Part shown: positions 52,831 to 64,000 of the stretch, piece after piece
Numbering within the stretch: the stretch's first letter is position 1
Layout: each line of letters begins with the position of its first letter
Assembly (NCBI RefSeq): GCF_964204865.1
Contig: NC_135259.1
Span: 12,834,001-12,898,000, forward strand
Length of the DNA stretch: 64,000 nucleotides
Reading direction: 5' to 3'
Source of the DNA: Styela clava
Taxonomy: Eukaryota
Program-made: the position numbers and the translations under genes
The notes under the pieces: model-generated
What the model was told of the DNA's origin: nothing
The model's database searches: none
The model's input: only the letters and a program-made list of their open reading frames with translations

Positions 52831-52911
52831 AATTTTGAATTTCAGTTTGGAATAGGCCTATATGTTATATCTGTATATAGCCTAATATCTTAGTATTGTA
52901 GTAAACAAAGC

Positions 52912-54780
52912 ATGAGTGGGAGAAATTTACGTGACTTCGTTATTAGTCACAGAACTCAATATCAAGATGGAGAAGAACAAAAGCACTTGGTTACTAGAAT
53001 GATGATGGGAATGGACAGCAATCGATACAAAAAAATCAATTACGAAGAAGCCAGAGAGGCTGCCTTCAGATTTAAAGACAATGCAGTTGCCACAGGTGCT
53101 CGATTAAATCATTTAAAAAATCGTGCACGTATTGGTAAAGAAAGACAACTAGTGAAACAACATTATCCAATTTGGCGTGAATCACATAAAGAATTACGAG
53201 ATCATTTACGAGGAGCTGAATATGTTTATCAGTCTGTTTTTTCTGATTTGATAAAATCGTTGTCAAATATTGGGTATTTAGATTACGCAAGTGATTTAGA
53301 GCAATGCGACTCTGAAGTTGACGCTGAAATAAAGAAGTTTTCACAAGCGATTATTATGCCTATTCAACAATTGATCAATGATCTTAAAATAAGATTACAT
53401 CGCGGGACAAGTGGCCCGAACATTCACGAAAGTTTAAAAGAAGATGTTGATGACATAATGAATGAAATTGACTCTGTTAAATCTCAGTCATTATCTGTAG
53501 GAAAATGGCTTTCCCACCAGCAAATGATTTTGGAAGGAGACTTAGAAAAAGCTGATATCATTAGCAATGATGCTTATCCATCATTGCCACCAGTAGAGTC
53601 TGCCCTCCCAGTAGGGATTGTTCTTGCTGAATGCCCTGATACAGAATTAAAAAGCACTATTTTGAGACAGTTCATTGACTTACATACCAACTATAATAGG
53701 CGTTTGAAGGAAGAACTAGCTCGCTTACAAGGTGCTGAAAGTCTTTTTTCAAAATCAAAAGACAAAAGTTGGATATTTTCTGTGGTTTATGATCTTTATC
53801 ATCGTCATATTTCACCCCAATCAAGAGAAAGTCTTCATTTTTTAATTATTGACATGCTCGCTCATCTTATATCGAAAAATAACAAGAGTGAAATTCTAGA
53901 ATTGGAGTCCCATTTTTTGAAACAACGTTATTCAAAAAAACATTGTGAACTCTTGGTTTCAAATTATAACAGAGATTTCGGAAATTTAATATCCAATTCA
54001 TTATCTGCATTTGCGGAAGCACGACATGTTTATGCAAATGCTGACATTGCTGCAAAAGATCGAGCCAAGCAAAGAAAAATTTGTGCTGCATTGCATGAAA
54101 AGGTTATTTCCCTACGAGCAAAACAAGAGGAAATCCTTCAACTGGAAGCAGAACTGGAAGAGAGAAGTAGAAGAAAACACTTTGAAGAAGAAGAAAAAAG
54201 ACAATGGTTGGAAAACGAACGAAGATACAGAATGAAAAAAGAAATTACAAAATATCAACGACAAAGAAAAGCGATGGAACAACAAAAACAAATGGAACAA
54301 GAGAAACGACTACAAATTTTAAAATCAGAGATTGAAAACCAGAGAAAAATTGACCAGGAAAGAGTGAATTATCGTGCTGAAAAAATCAAGGAAAGGAATG
54401 AAATTCAAGCCATTAAATTGAAAGCAAAAATTGAAGATGAAATTTTGAAACAACAAAGGCTTGATAACTTGCGACAAACTGTCGCAGTTGAAGCTAAATT
54501 TGATCCTGAGCGTTTAGTCGCTGATACTATATCCAGTAAAGCACGACAGGGTATTGGGACAAATGAAGAAGTTTCAATTCAAGCTCCGTTATTTGATGTA
54601 CATGGGTATTCTCAAAAACAAATTGAAGGAGATGTCAGATTGAGAGTTGAAGCTGCACTGAGAAATGCTGGAATACATGAATCTGAATATGCTAGACGTG
54701 TTTTATCAAATATACCTCCTCCTACACAGCCAAGAAGGGATACTGATTCAAGTGCTTTGCAGTACATGTTTAAAAACTGA
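52912..54780 (+). CDS. CCDC148: Coiled-coil domain-containing protein 148, single coding exon, 622 aa
   Basis: Uninterrupted ORF. N-terminal RYKKINYE..KERQLVKQH..IW, long charged coiled coil and C-terminal VAVEAKFDPERL..PLFDVHGYS..DVRLRVEAALRNAGIHESEYAR..PPPTQPRRD resemble vertebrate CCDC148. AG acceptor at 52900-52901; AATAAA at ~54976 and ~54992. Confidence 0.88.
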   Translation: MSGRNLRDFVISHRTQYQDGEEQKHLVTRMMMGMDSNRYKKINYEEAREAAFRFKDNAVATGARLNHLKNRARIGKERQLVKQHYPIWRESHKELRDHLRGAEYVYQSVFSDLIKSLSNIGYLDYASDLEQCDSEVDAEIKKFSQAIIMPIQQLINDLKIRLHRGTSGPNIHESLKEDVDDIMNEIDSVKSQSLSVGKWLSHQQMILEGDLEKADIISNDAYPSLPPVESALPVGIVLAECPDTELKSTILRQFIDLHTNYNRRLKEELARLQGAESLFSKSKDKSWIFSVVYDLYHRHISPQSRESLHFLIIDMLAHLISKNNKSEILELESHFLKQRYSKKHCELLVSNYNRDFGNLISNSLSAFAEARHVYANADIAAKDRAKQRKICAALHEKVISLRAKQEEILQLEAELEERSRRKHFEEEEKRQWLENERRYRMKKEITKYQRQRKAMEQQKQMEQEKRLQILKSEIENQRKIDQERVNYRAEKIKERNEIQAIKLKAKIEDEILKQQRLDNLRQTVAVEAKFDPERLVADTISSKARQGIGTNEEVSIQAPLFDVHGYSQKQIEGDVRLRVEAALRNAGIHESEYARRVLSNIPPPTQPRRDTDSSALQYMFKN

Positions 54781-55986
54781 TATGTTCCAAAGTTTTGACT
54801 TAACTGTTTGCACCTAACATTAAAATTTATTGCAGGCTCACGAGTTATTCGCACCAATGTAGAATAGTATAGAATAGTGTTGGTAGGGAAACAAGCTCTG
54901 AGTGCTTCAAATGAATTGTTATTTTGTAGAGAATTATTTCAAAGTACTTACTCAATTGGCAAAGCAGTATTTAAAATAAAATCTTGTCTCAAATAAACAG
55001 TTGAAGGATTTGAATGTCACAATGATAATATTGCATTTATATAAAAGTCGCGCAGTAGTATCGCCTACTGGTTATATTTTTTTAATCTTTAGGCCAGCAG
55101 CCATCTTTTGTGTTTCAGAATTTCAAGCTGTACCTGTTTTAATTTTGATCGCAGGTATTTCATATGTCCATATGAAGATTATGACTGTTAGAACTGATCT
55201 ATTGCAAAATGCGATCTTCTCAAAACTTTAAAATATGACACAAGGTAATTTGGTTTGACTGCGCCGCCGATATTCTGTCTGCTGATTGTTTGGACCTATG
55301 GATGTATCATTTTGCAAAATTGTTGTTCATGGGTATTCATGTTGTTGTTGTTGTTATAAGGACTAACTATCAAAATATATGCTTTCAAATTTCTTTTGTC
55401 TCAAATATTGCTGGCATTGGGAAAATTCCACTTTCATAATTCCACCCAGCTTTTGCCCGATAAAATTTAACGGTACCTTCCTATGCCTAATTTTTACATT
55501 TTAGTTTATTTGTGAAACTTGAATCTATCACATTTTCAGCCATTTAGTATAATATATGTGTATCCTATTTCTATCTTTTTCATTGATATGTGTTATTCAT
55601 ATATTACGATTGACGTTAAAGTAATGTTAAGTGTTTTGCAACATTTTAATTTAAAAATGAATTTAGAATTTTTTTCAACAAACTATTATATTAAATATTT
55701 TACAAGTCCTAATTGTGTGTTGCCAGATTTTTATTCCTTAATGAGCTATGAAGTTATATTTAGGTTAGTTTTCATATTAATAGGTTATATGGTACAATAT
55801 TTTGTTAGTATTCGTTTGTATTTTATCTTTTGTAACGTTATTGTTTATTCTCTGTCACTGTGCTATTAGTAAACACCGTAGTGTAGGATTCAGCAATTAA
55901 TAAAGATCGTATTTATATATTTTAGATCTACATAATTAAATAAAAAATTAAACATTTAAATTTGGTTACCCATATACCTGAAATTA

Positions 55987-56546
55987 ATGGATGATATCGA
56001 CCTCGTTCAAGAGGTCAAAAGTGTAGCAGAAGAAATTCGATTTGTCGTCGATAAAGTTGTCATTGATGCGACTGATCCTTACTCGTTTACTGTTACAATT
56101 AAAGAAGGAGTTACATTTCATCTCAGTTTGAGTAGCAGAGGATTTCTTGTTGAAAATCAATCTCAAGGTGATCCAAACACTCAATCGGAAGTAATCATAC
56201 TCAAAGGACAGTGTTTCGAAACTATTTATGCTTTTCTTGATAAAGCAAGTCCAGCTTACAGGTTAGAATTACAAATTACTGTATCTAATATTGTTATTAT
56301 TATTAATAAATATTTAAATTGTTCATTATGTTAATATTATATTTATTGATTTATTGAAGTATTTCGATTCATATCAAGTATACTTTATATGAGTGCCATT
56401 ACATGAATTCAAACATTCCTACTCGCAATGAATCTTACATTGTTAAATTCTTTAAGACAAAACATATAACTTATGTCCAAATTTTTTTTAGAGTTGCATT
56501 TGTTCAAGACATTTCAAAAAAACTGAACGCAATTAGTGAAGGATAA
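55987..56546 (+). CDS. GSKIP: GSK3-beta interacting protein (DUF727), 2 exons, 109 aa
   Basis: Exons 55987-56261 and 56492-56546 (GT-AG, phase 2). The spliced C-terminus FETIYAFLDKASPAYR|VAFVQDISKKLNAISEG* matches human [30 protein letters not shown]; also VTIKEG..LSLSSRGF. Confidence 0.88.
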
Positions 56547-59500
56547 TGGCTGAAAACAAAGAAACCATAAAAGATAGACTTCGAAGCCTCCTCAACTTAA
56601 ACAAAGGTGGTGCAGTGTCTAAAACTGCCCCTTCTACCACTAACAAGCCGGCAATAATATCTGACGAGTTCTGGTTAGACATTGGAGCATCGTCACCACT
56701 CGAACAAAGAATTGAAAAAATTCGTGAAGCAATGAAGTTGGTTGAATCTGAAGTTCTTCAAGATTCTGTGATTAAAAAATTATGGATCGAAACTAAAGAT
56801 CTTCTTCAGCCTAAAATGAATCAAGAAGTTCGATTGTTTGAACTTGAATTTGTTCGGAGCATTGTCAAGGTAAATGATTTGTATTTAGAGTCATTTACAC
56901 ATAACTTAGACTTAATACTCCAAGCTCTTTATTTCTCCAATTCCTGGTTGACAAAAGTTTTGGTTCTGACTCTAATCGCAGGTTAAAAGTAATTTTGACT
57001 CAAGTTTTCAGTGCCTAGGGCTAGGAGACTATTCATTTTGTTTCTGTTGGAGCTACTACCTTCAGAAATACCAGGATCCTTGAAGTTTAGCCCTCCCTAT
57101 CCAAAATATTACACCCTGGGCATGATGTTCGATATAGAGATTTTCAATTTGTTATGCCAACATACTTAGGTCCAATACTCTTTAACTACTCAACATTCAG
57201 CAATCTCTTCCATAATTTGGTGACATAGGGATAGGGTAAAAAGAAGGATGGCATTAGTATAACATACTCTAGGTCAGTGTTTCCCAACCTATGGATCGCG
57301 ACTCAAACTGGGTTTTCTGCAAATTTACTTGAGTCGCTTGTTTTTTCAACAAAAACCCAAGAGTTTCTAATTTTAAAGTGTAGCTCAATAGTAATTGTAT
57401 ATGTGGGATGGGAATTATTATCCGTAAAAACTTGGCAGAATTCATTTTGCTCAGTAAAGCCACGCCACCCACCATTTTCCCTGATGACAAACAAGTGCTG
57501 TCTTCTCATTTTGGGGTAATTTCTGTCGAAATAAATGTTATGTAAAAAGGATTGTTTCGTTAAGTTTGCTGCCATAAAGATACTACATGTCATTTAGTAT
57601 TTGGGCATGTCCTTGGGTCGCAAGCTTTTACAGAATTTATTTCAAAAAAATTTGGGTTGCTTGAAAAAAGGTTGAGAACCACTGCTCTAGGAACCAGTAT
57701 ATTCATTTCTCGTTATTAACTCAGATTGTTATTATATTTTAGGGTCAATATCGTCGATTAGGAATGTTACGAGCTATGTTCTTTCAAACATTACAAGAAC
57801 ATAACATTCCTGAAGACGGCTCAGCTATTATACAAACATTTGAAACACTCAGTGACAATGGAAAAGACGTAGAATTTTTTGACCAAGAAGTCGGTCCGCT
57901 ACTTCTTCATTGGCTTGCAACAATGAGAGGAAACGTGACGTTACTTTCACTTCTTGTGAATATTATAAAGTATAATTCATCTTACTTGGATCAAGAGTTT
58001 ATCGTTAAAATTTTGGAATTGATTTGTGATCTTTGTAATTCTCAAACACCGGAAAAGGAAAAAGATCTAGGCCTGCAGGTAATAATCTTAAATCTTTTCT
58101 GCTACGTTTTACCTATATTGTTATAAATTACCCTAACCTAGTTGATGGTGAGTTTTTTTTCCCAACTTTGTCTCATACACGGCCGCAAGTTCTCTCTGAT
58201 GTAAAGTTAAACTCATTTGTAGAAGAATTTTCATGCTTCGAAATCTCCCGAAAGTATGTGGACATCCACAATATTATTTTCAACTAAATATTCCATGTCC
58301 AGTTCTTGCTTGCTGTTGTGGATTATATGACTCTGCTATAATTGATTCAAAACGCTAAATGGCTGCAATTTCACCTCGCAGTGTATATTCGAGCCAGCGC
58401 TATGGATGTGGTGACTTGGTGCATATTTCATTGTAGAATTTTGATTGCTGTGTGTTCAATTTCATTTTTGTCGAGTTGTATCTGAAAATCTTCTCTTTTT
58501 TAGGTGGATGAATTTTTTTGAAATATCTTTTCCCAATGCCAATAAATTTTAATGCTATTTCAACCTAACTTCTTTGTTTATTAAAATACTCTTTTTCAAC
58601 CATATGGCACAATCGACTTTACAAAATTTTTCAAATAGTTTTTCACTCTTATTACCCAGTATTGCCACAGATTTTTATTTATGCTAGAACCACTTGAATG
58701 TTTGAAAAAAACAAGCCGTAGCATAGTTATGCACTTGATTGCCAGCACACGTCATGTGCAGCTTTCTTCAAAAATCCTCCCGAAATCAAACATTCGGTCT
58801 CTATACCGGCCGCTCGGCCCCATAGCCTTCTACATAATAGGCCATTCAAATGATGATTGTGGCCCACCCTATCCCTAATTCATAACATTCTTTCATAATT
58901 ATAATTATAAAGAGAATTTTACAGCAATAATCTTTTTTGATTTATTAAACCCTCTTTGATTGAATTTAAAGAAGTTTTTTGCTGTCGTACAATCAATATA
59001 TTACGATTTGTTATCGATTTACCCGTAATATCCTTTTCTTTTTAGGTTGTAGATGCAATTATATGCTACAGCTCCCTTCCACATGAATCTCTTTATTCTG
59101 TGACTGTTATGTTGTGTCGTGTATTGAATCTGAAAAAATTTTGTAACGAGAGTTGGAAGTTGATGAGAAAACTACTAGGAACTCATTTAGGACACAACTG
59201 CATCTCAATCATGTGTCATATCCTTCAGGTAAAAATTATTTATGCATTTTGACTTCGAATATGGCTCGTTGAGAGGCAGAATATTTTGGGGTTAAGATGA
59301 TTTACTTCATTCATTTGATATTATTCACCTTGAGTTTATAGTCATTTGCTAGGCCTAGATTGACTTGCTCGAATCAGAATTTCCAAACTCTCCATGATCA
59401 TATGCTTTGATTAGTGAATTAAAACCCAATGGGGAAAATCATCTACTGTATATCCTTGCATATAAGCCGATCTTGCATATATAAGCTGACCCTCTAAAAA

Positions 59501-62500
59501 CGGCCTTAAAACTGTGAATTTATAAAAATTTGCATATAAGCCGATCACAGACTGTTATTGCTGTCATAGCATAAACATACAAGCGAACCATGCTCTTATT
59601 TTGAGAACATAGCCTGGTTCGAGTTGTAACCGTTGGAAATGAGTTAGCTTAATGACATTTTGTTTGAGTGCGATCAGAGTTATGCTTGTATAAGCTGTAT
59701 ATATGATACACATTAGCCATATGACAACTGAACGTCGCATAGTGAAGTTGCCATGTTGGTTCTATAGATAACTTTGACTAGATAGTATTAATCTCAGACA
59801 TAAAACTTGCTTATGATTGGATGTATAACACACTTAACTATATTTTATGTATTATAGAATCCGAAGATGTTACCTGAATGGCCGCTTTTACGAAGTGCGG
59901 TATTTTTCATTGGTATGGGATTGTGGGGATCTGTGAGAGTCAAATCCTTGAAGCACACTTCACAATCTGTTCTACCGTCGTTTCATTGCGCTCTTCATAC
60001 CAAGAATTTGGAACTGGCTTTTGAAGTTACTTTAACTATCCAGAGATTAGTACGAAAATATGGTCATGAGTTGCAGGTGCTTGCTAACTTTCTGTTACAG
60101 CATTTTAGGTGGTAACTCCTGTGTGTACCAGGTTAGGGTTAGGCCATGATTTTATTCCGATTCTCTTAATTTTTGTTCTTTTACGAGTTCGGGGACTGTC
60201 TGTGTTAGCCAAGTGAATATATTCCCTTCCCGTAGGCTTCAGTCCCTTTACACAACTTGGTGTAAAGTAGGCGAACAAAATTAGTTACCTCCAATCTCCA
60301 TATTGGTTGGTATCTTTTGTGACCTTTTTGCAACCTTGCTTTTGTTCGATCTTTTTCTCTTTTAGTACAATAAATGCAAAGTTATTGTCCTATAAGTATT
60401 TTACAATATATTGTCTTGTCATGATACTGCCGAAGTTGAATGGTTCGATTCCATAGTCATACATCAAATTTATTTGTCAAATGAAAATTATTTTCAATCA
60501 CTTTTTTATATTTATCATGGGGAGGGGAAAGGAGATAAGGTGACCTAATCATATGGCAAATCACAGCATCGAGTCTGGCCACCTATCCAGATCGTGCATG
60601 GGAGTAGTTAACCATTTTTTCCCTTCAAATGCATGAATGGTATAGAATACAACAAATTGTCAGTCATTTGGATAAATCCCCCAATGCCTGTTGCAAGTCT
60701 TTTTTCTGGTTTAAAAATTTCGAAAAGTATGATTATTTCTACTTTAGGCTGGAACTTGGGATCACGTTCTGGACATTGTTAGTTCTCTGTTAGAACTTGT
60801 CAATGAAAATTCAACAAAAACTCAAATTCCTGCCATGATTTCTCTAAAGAAAGGAACTCATGATCTGATAACTTTTATTGAACAATTAATTGAAACGGAA
60901 CTCTACGATGGCCCGATTGAAAGATTGTTTTCAATTACTGATAGTTGCGCTAAAGATCGTCCAAATGATTCTGTGTTCATGCTGATAGCTTATAAATCTC
61001 AGGTTTGTTGTGAATGATAATTATGGAATTTAAGGAATCTTTGGTTGAGGAAAATAAAAAATATAAAATTTCAGATTACATTTAATTTCTAAGAGGACAG
61101 TTGCAATCTTTTACTTATATATATCTCTTGATTTTTACTCAACTGTGTTTAAAATTTGGCTTTTTGTTTGTATGAATTGTTTCTTGCGCAGAATCTTTTC
61201 CCGAAAGATAATTAAAAACAGTTAATCAGGAATTTTGGTTTTCAAAATTTGGTCTCTTGTCTAAATGACATGTCATAAAGCCACTTTGAGAAAAACGTAA
61301 TAACTGTCAATTAACAGTTAAATGATATAATTAGGTCTTGTCGAATTAAAATGGTATTTTATATGAAGCCTTTTTTTGAGAAAAGATGTAAAAATTGTCA
61401 ATCAGGCTGGCTATTTGTGGCCCAGCAGGCAGTCCGATGTGGTAAAATTGAAAATATGTTTTTATGCAATATACAGTGAGAAGAATTGTATTTTTTGAAA
61501 AGAATAGAGAATTGAAAAAATTCCTCCAGGACACTTCTATTGCGCAAGAGGACGAAATATTCATAACCGATGTAACACAAAAATTAAAAATAGAAAATTA
61601 CTTCTGCGTCATCCTACCACAGTACCTTTAGATCTGACAGGGGCAAACTACCGCTCAGGGGCCAAGGGCCAGTTGGATAATTCAATCTGGCCCGCCTGGT
61701 GCTGCCACAACCAAATTTTGATGTTTAGTTAAAAAAAATAGCTCAAGAAATTTGTTGAGAATGCGTTCAAATTTAATTTTGGCACAAGGCTTGTTGTTTT
61801 CCACTTTTACTTTGTTAATATTGTTCATAAAATGTAACTTTATGCACACTTACATGGTCGTCAGTCTAGGTGGGCACAATTTTTGGCCCCCGGTCCGAAA
61901 ACCTTGCTCACCCCAGCTTTATATAAAGGCAATATTTAATTTGTTTGTGTTGCATCTCCTTTTAGGCAATAAATCCTACGAAACAGAACTGGTTGTCCAG
62001 TCTTCTCATGCTGTTGAATAATTATTATACGAAAGAATCAAGAACGCCTGTCAGATTAAAAACGTTGGAAGTTCTCTACTCTGTCACAGAATCTTGCATG
62101 GAACTTTATGAAGATGTATGTATGCTTTGTATAAATATTGAAAAATAAAAGAAAACTATTCAAAAAATATATTTGTTGTGTTTTCTTAACTGCAATTCCA
62201 AGCGATCAAGGAATGCGGCTAGAAATAAAATTTTGTTAAGAGCACATTTTCTGCTCGTAAGCTTCTTCCATTTGCAGTGATGGGCTCTGCTGAACACAAT
62301 GTGACCTCAATTCTTCAGTATTCAAATTATTCGCTGGAAAATATTTTGTAATATTAGGTATTCTAAATTGAGCCGCATGAGGTAATACAGGGTTCCCGCA
62401 AAACAAATTGTATATTGGAAATTCAGAATTACTTTATCCCGTATTTTGATATCTTGATTTTAGGAATATCAGCCACAAAAATGCAAAAAATTAAAATTAC

Positions 62501-64000
62501 GGAAAAATTTCAAATATATTAGGATGGAGTATTTCGATAGAAAAAAAAACACAGAATTGCGTAATATTTTAAAATTGAAGCAGTGGGCTTGAAAATTATC
62601 CTGGGCTAATAGAGTTCTGTTTATTAAATTTATTAATTCTTCCCTGACATATAGGCTACTCTCTTTACCATCTCTTTTTTTTCTAAATTTTATGAAAAGA
62701 TTTCTCATATTTCAATCTTTTTTAGGAACTAGTATCAGAAGTTTTGTTGAATTGTTTTTCTGACTTGAATGTTGAAACTGATTTGATTGTCAAAACCAAA
62801 GCTGTTCAGCTCATTGTCAACTCCTGTCTTCTTGCCAATGAAAAATGTCCAGAACTCTTTGCATCACTCAGAAATGTACTAGATGGTGATTGGATACGGA
62901 GAGGTACTACTAACAATATAAATTGAATATAGTAAATAAAACTTAACCGAAAGACAGAAAATAAGGTAGCTCAACCAACAGTATGTATGTCTATGAAGAC
63001 AGACTCAATCAGGACAATGAATATAACCCGTTGTCATTGCTCATAATTGCACATCCTGGAATTGCTTACATTTTCAAGACTTTCGACCTTATCAAAATTT
63101 TATTTAAAGTTCAGTACCCGATTTATAGTTTATTGTTTTTTAAAATGCAGCTATGAACAGAAAATCTGAAAAGTCATCTTCCGACTTCTTAACTGACATT
63201 GAAGAATTAGTTCTTGGACTTGTCAAAACTTTTAAAAAGAAAATGCCAAGGTATAATATTGTTTTTATAGTTTTTGTCCCAACACAAAGCATAACCAATA
63301 CTTGTCTGTATTTTTATCAAGGAATCTTTCTTATGGTGTTTGTTCAAAATATCTGGCAGTAGGTTTATTGTTTTAGTCTCTGGGAGGTATTTTCTTGTCA
63401 ATCCTTAGGTAATGTACCGCACCCCGATTCAACCCTTTTGCGGCGACCCATCAAAGACCGCACCCCAATTCAACCCTTTTGCGACCACCCATCGAAGACC
63501 GCACCCCAATTCAACCCTTTTGCGACGACCCATCGAAGATTATCTTATATATTGGTATGGTATACTCATGTATCATTATTTAAACTTATCTTCTTTCAGA
63601 TTATTTTATTAATTTTAATGGTTTATATTTTATAAAGTGCATATCCGTCAACATTTGAATATTGCATATAAATATCATTGGATAATTTTTTAAATAAAAA
63701 TTAATTTTCGAATTTTTGTCAGATATCCAGGTACTCACACAGTTGAAGCGTTTAGCTTACTCACGTTATATTTGCAACTTTATTATACTTCGGATAATAT
63801 TGAAAAGATTTCTAACTGTTTGACAAAAAGTAGAAAGAAGACTTTTGAATTGTTGCTGTCATTAAGAGCTAATGAGAAAAAACAACTTTGCATGAAAAAT
63901 TCTCAAGTGAGTCAATTTTTTTTTCTAACATAATTTCTAAGCATTCTCCAACTGGCTCTTATATAATTACAAATACAGTGTTGCTATAAAGTCGCACACC
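56546..64000 (+). CDS. TSC2: Tuberin, N-terminal part (continues beyond the window)
   Basis: Exons 56546-56869, 57743-58078, 59046-59228, 59858-60076, 60748-61002, 61966-62115, 62726-62903, 63151-63250, 63723-63906 and probably 63979-end. LWIETKDLLQP, GMLRAMFF, LLVNIIKYNSSYLD, DAIICYSSLP, WKLMRKLLGTHLGH, LLRSAVFFIGMGLWG and IQRLVRKYGHELQ are tuberin signatures. Confidence 0.95.
57275..57684. mobile_element. hAT MITE in TSC2 intron 1
   Basis: TIR CAGTGTTTCCCAACCT / AGGTTGAGAACCACTG; TSD CTCTAGGT / CTCTAGGA. Confidence 0.85.
60108..60292 (+). mobile_element. Short interspersed repeat with GGTAACT...AGTTACC ends
   Basis: Homologous to 32641-32830 (reverse) and to the arm of the 1194-1434 MITE (GTGTACCAGGTTAGGGTTAGGCCAT). 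Confidence 0.7.
61634..61916. mobile_element. Degenerate hAT MITE
   Basis: TSD-like CTTTAGAT / CTTTATAT around decayed GGGCAA / TTGCTCACCCC ends, with GGCCC subterminal motifs. Confidence 0.55.
63416..63538. repeat. Minisatellite, 41 bp x 3
   Basis: ACCGCACCCCRATTCAACCCTTTTGCGRCSACCCATCRAAG three times in a TSC2 intron. Confidence 0.9.

Noticed and set aside
56460-56546. Calicivirus-type TURBS motif (UGGGA) upstream of the TAATG overlap; alternative acceptor at 56540-56541 giving an in-frame fusion
   Set aside because: No TGGGA occurs in the spliced upstream ~90 nt. The alternative AG lacks any pyrimidine tract.
56511-56548. -1 ribosomal frameshift at A AAA AAA (56516-56522) producing a GSKIP-TSC2 fusion
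   Set aside because: The heptamer is in the right phase and TSC2 is in the -1 frame, but that frame hits TAG TGA (56534-56539) before the TSC2 ATG.
60128-60145. Interstitial telomere repeat (GGTTAGGGTTAGG; also CCTAACCCTAACC at ~1359)
   Set aside because: Only ~2 units, and always embedded in the same dispersed repeat family.

Overview
AT-rich, intron-dense invertebrate genomic DNA. An ascidian/tunicate is my best guess from the chordate-like proteins and compact introns, but this is inference only. Seven host genes can be reconstructed from splice sites: DDX5/DDX17 helicase (+), DNAL4 (-), TERB1 (+), cytoplasmic dynein light intermediate chain (+), an intronless CCDC148 (+), GSKIP (+) and the 5' part of TSC2 (+, runs off the window). 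The first ~9.2 kb is a nest of decayed mobile elements: a LINE split inside its RT motif by a 5-kb CCCAG-ended DNA transposon, plus MITEs and a Helentron-type element. Two signals stand out. (1) GSKIP and TSC2 share an exon, and the GSKIP stop overlaps the TSC2 start (TAATG at 56544-56548) with no intergenic space. (2) An 8.2-kb Foldback-type Mutator element (44341-52495, perfect 8-bp TSD, ~2-kb modular tandem-repeat arms) encodes a PHD finger + OTU-like protease + MULE DDE transposase fusion broken by one frameshift. Other observations: a conserved autoregulatory-type intron in DDX5, TERB1-dynein LIC microsynteny, a perfect 28-bp intronic hairpin, and clusters of TA-CCGG-TA / TA-GGCC-TA motifs that look like transposon excision footprints. 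Exon coordinates were read by eye and homologies were recognised from memory, not by database search.
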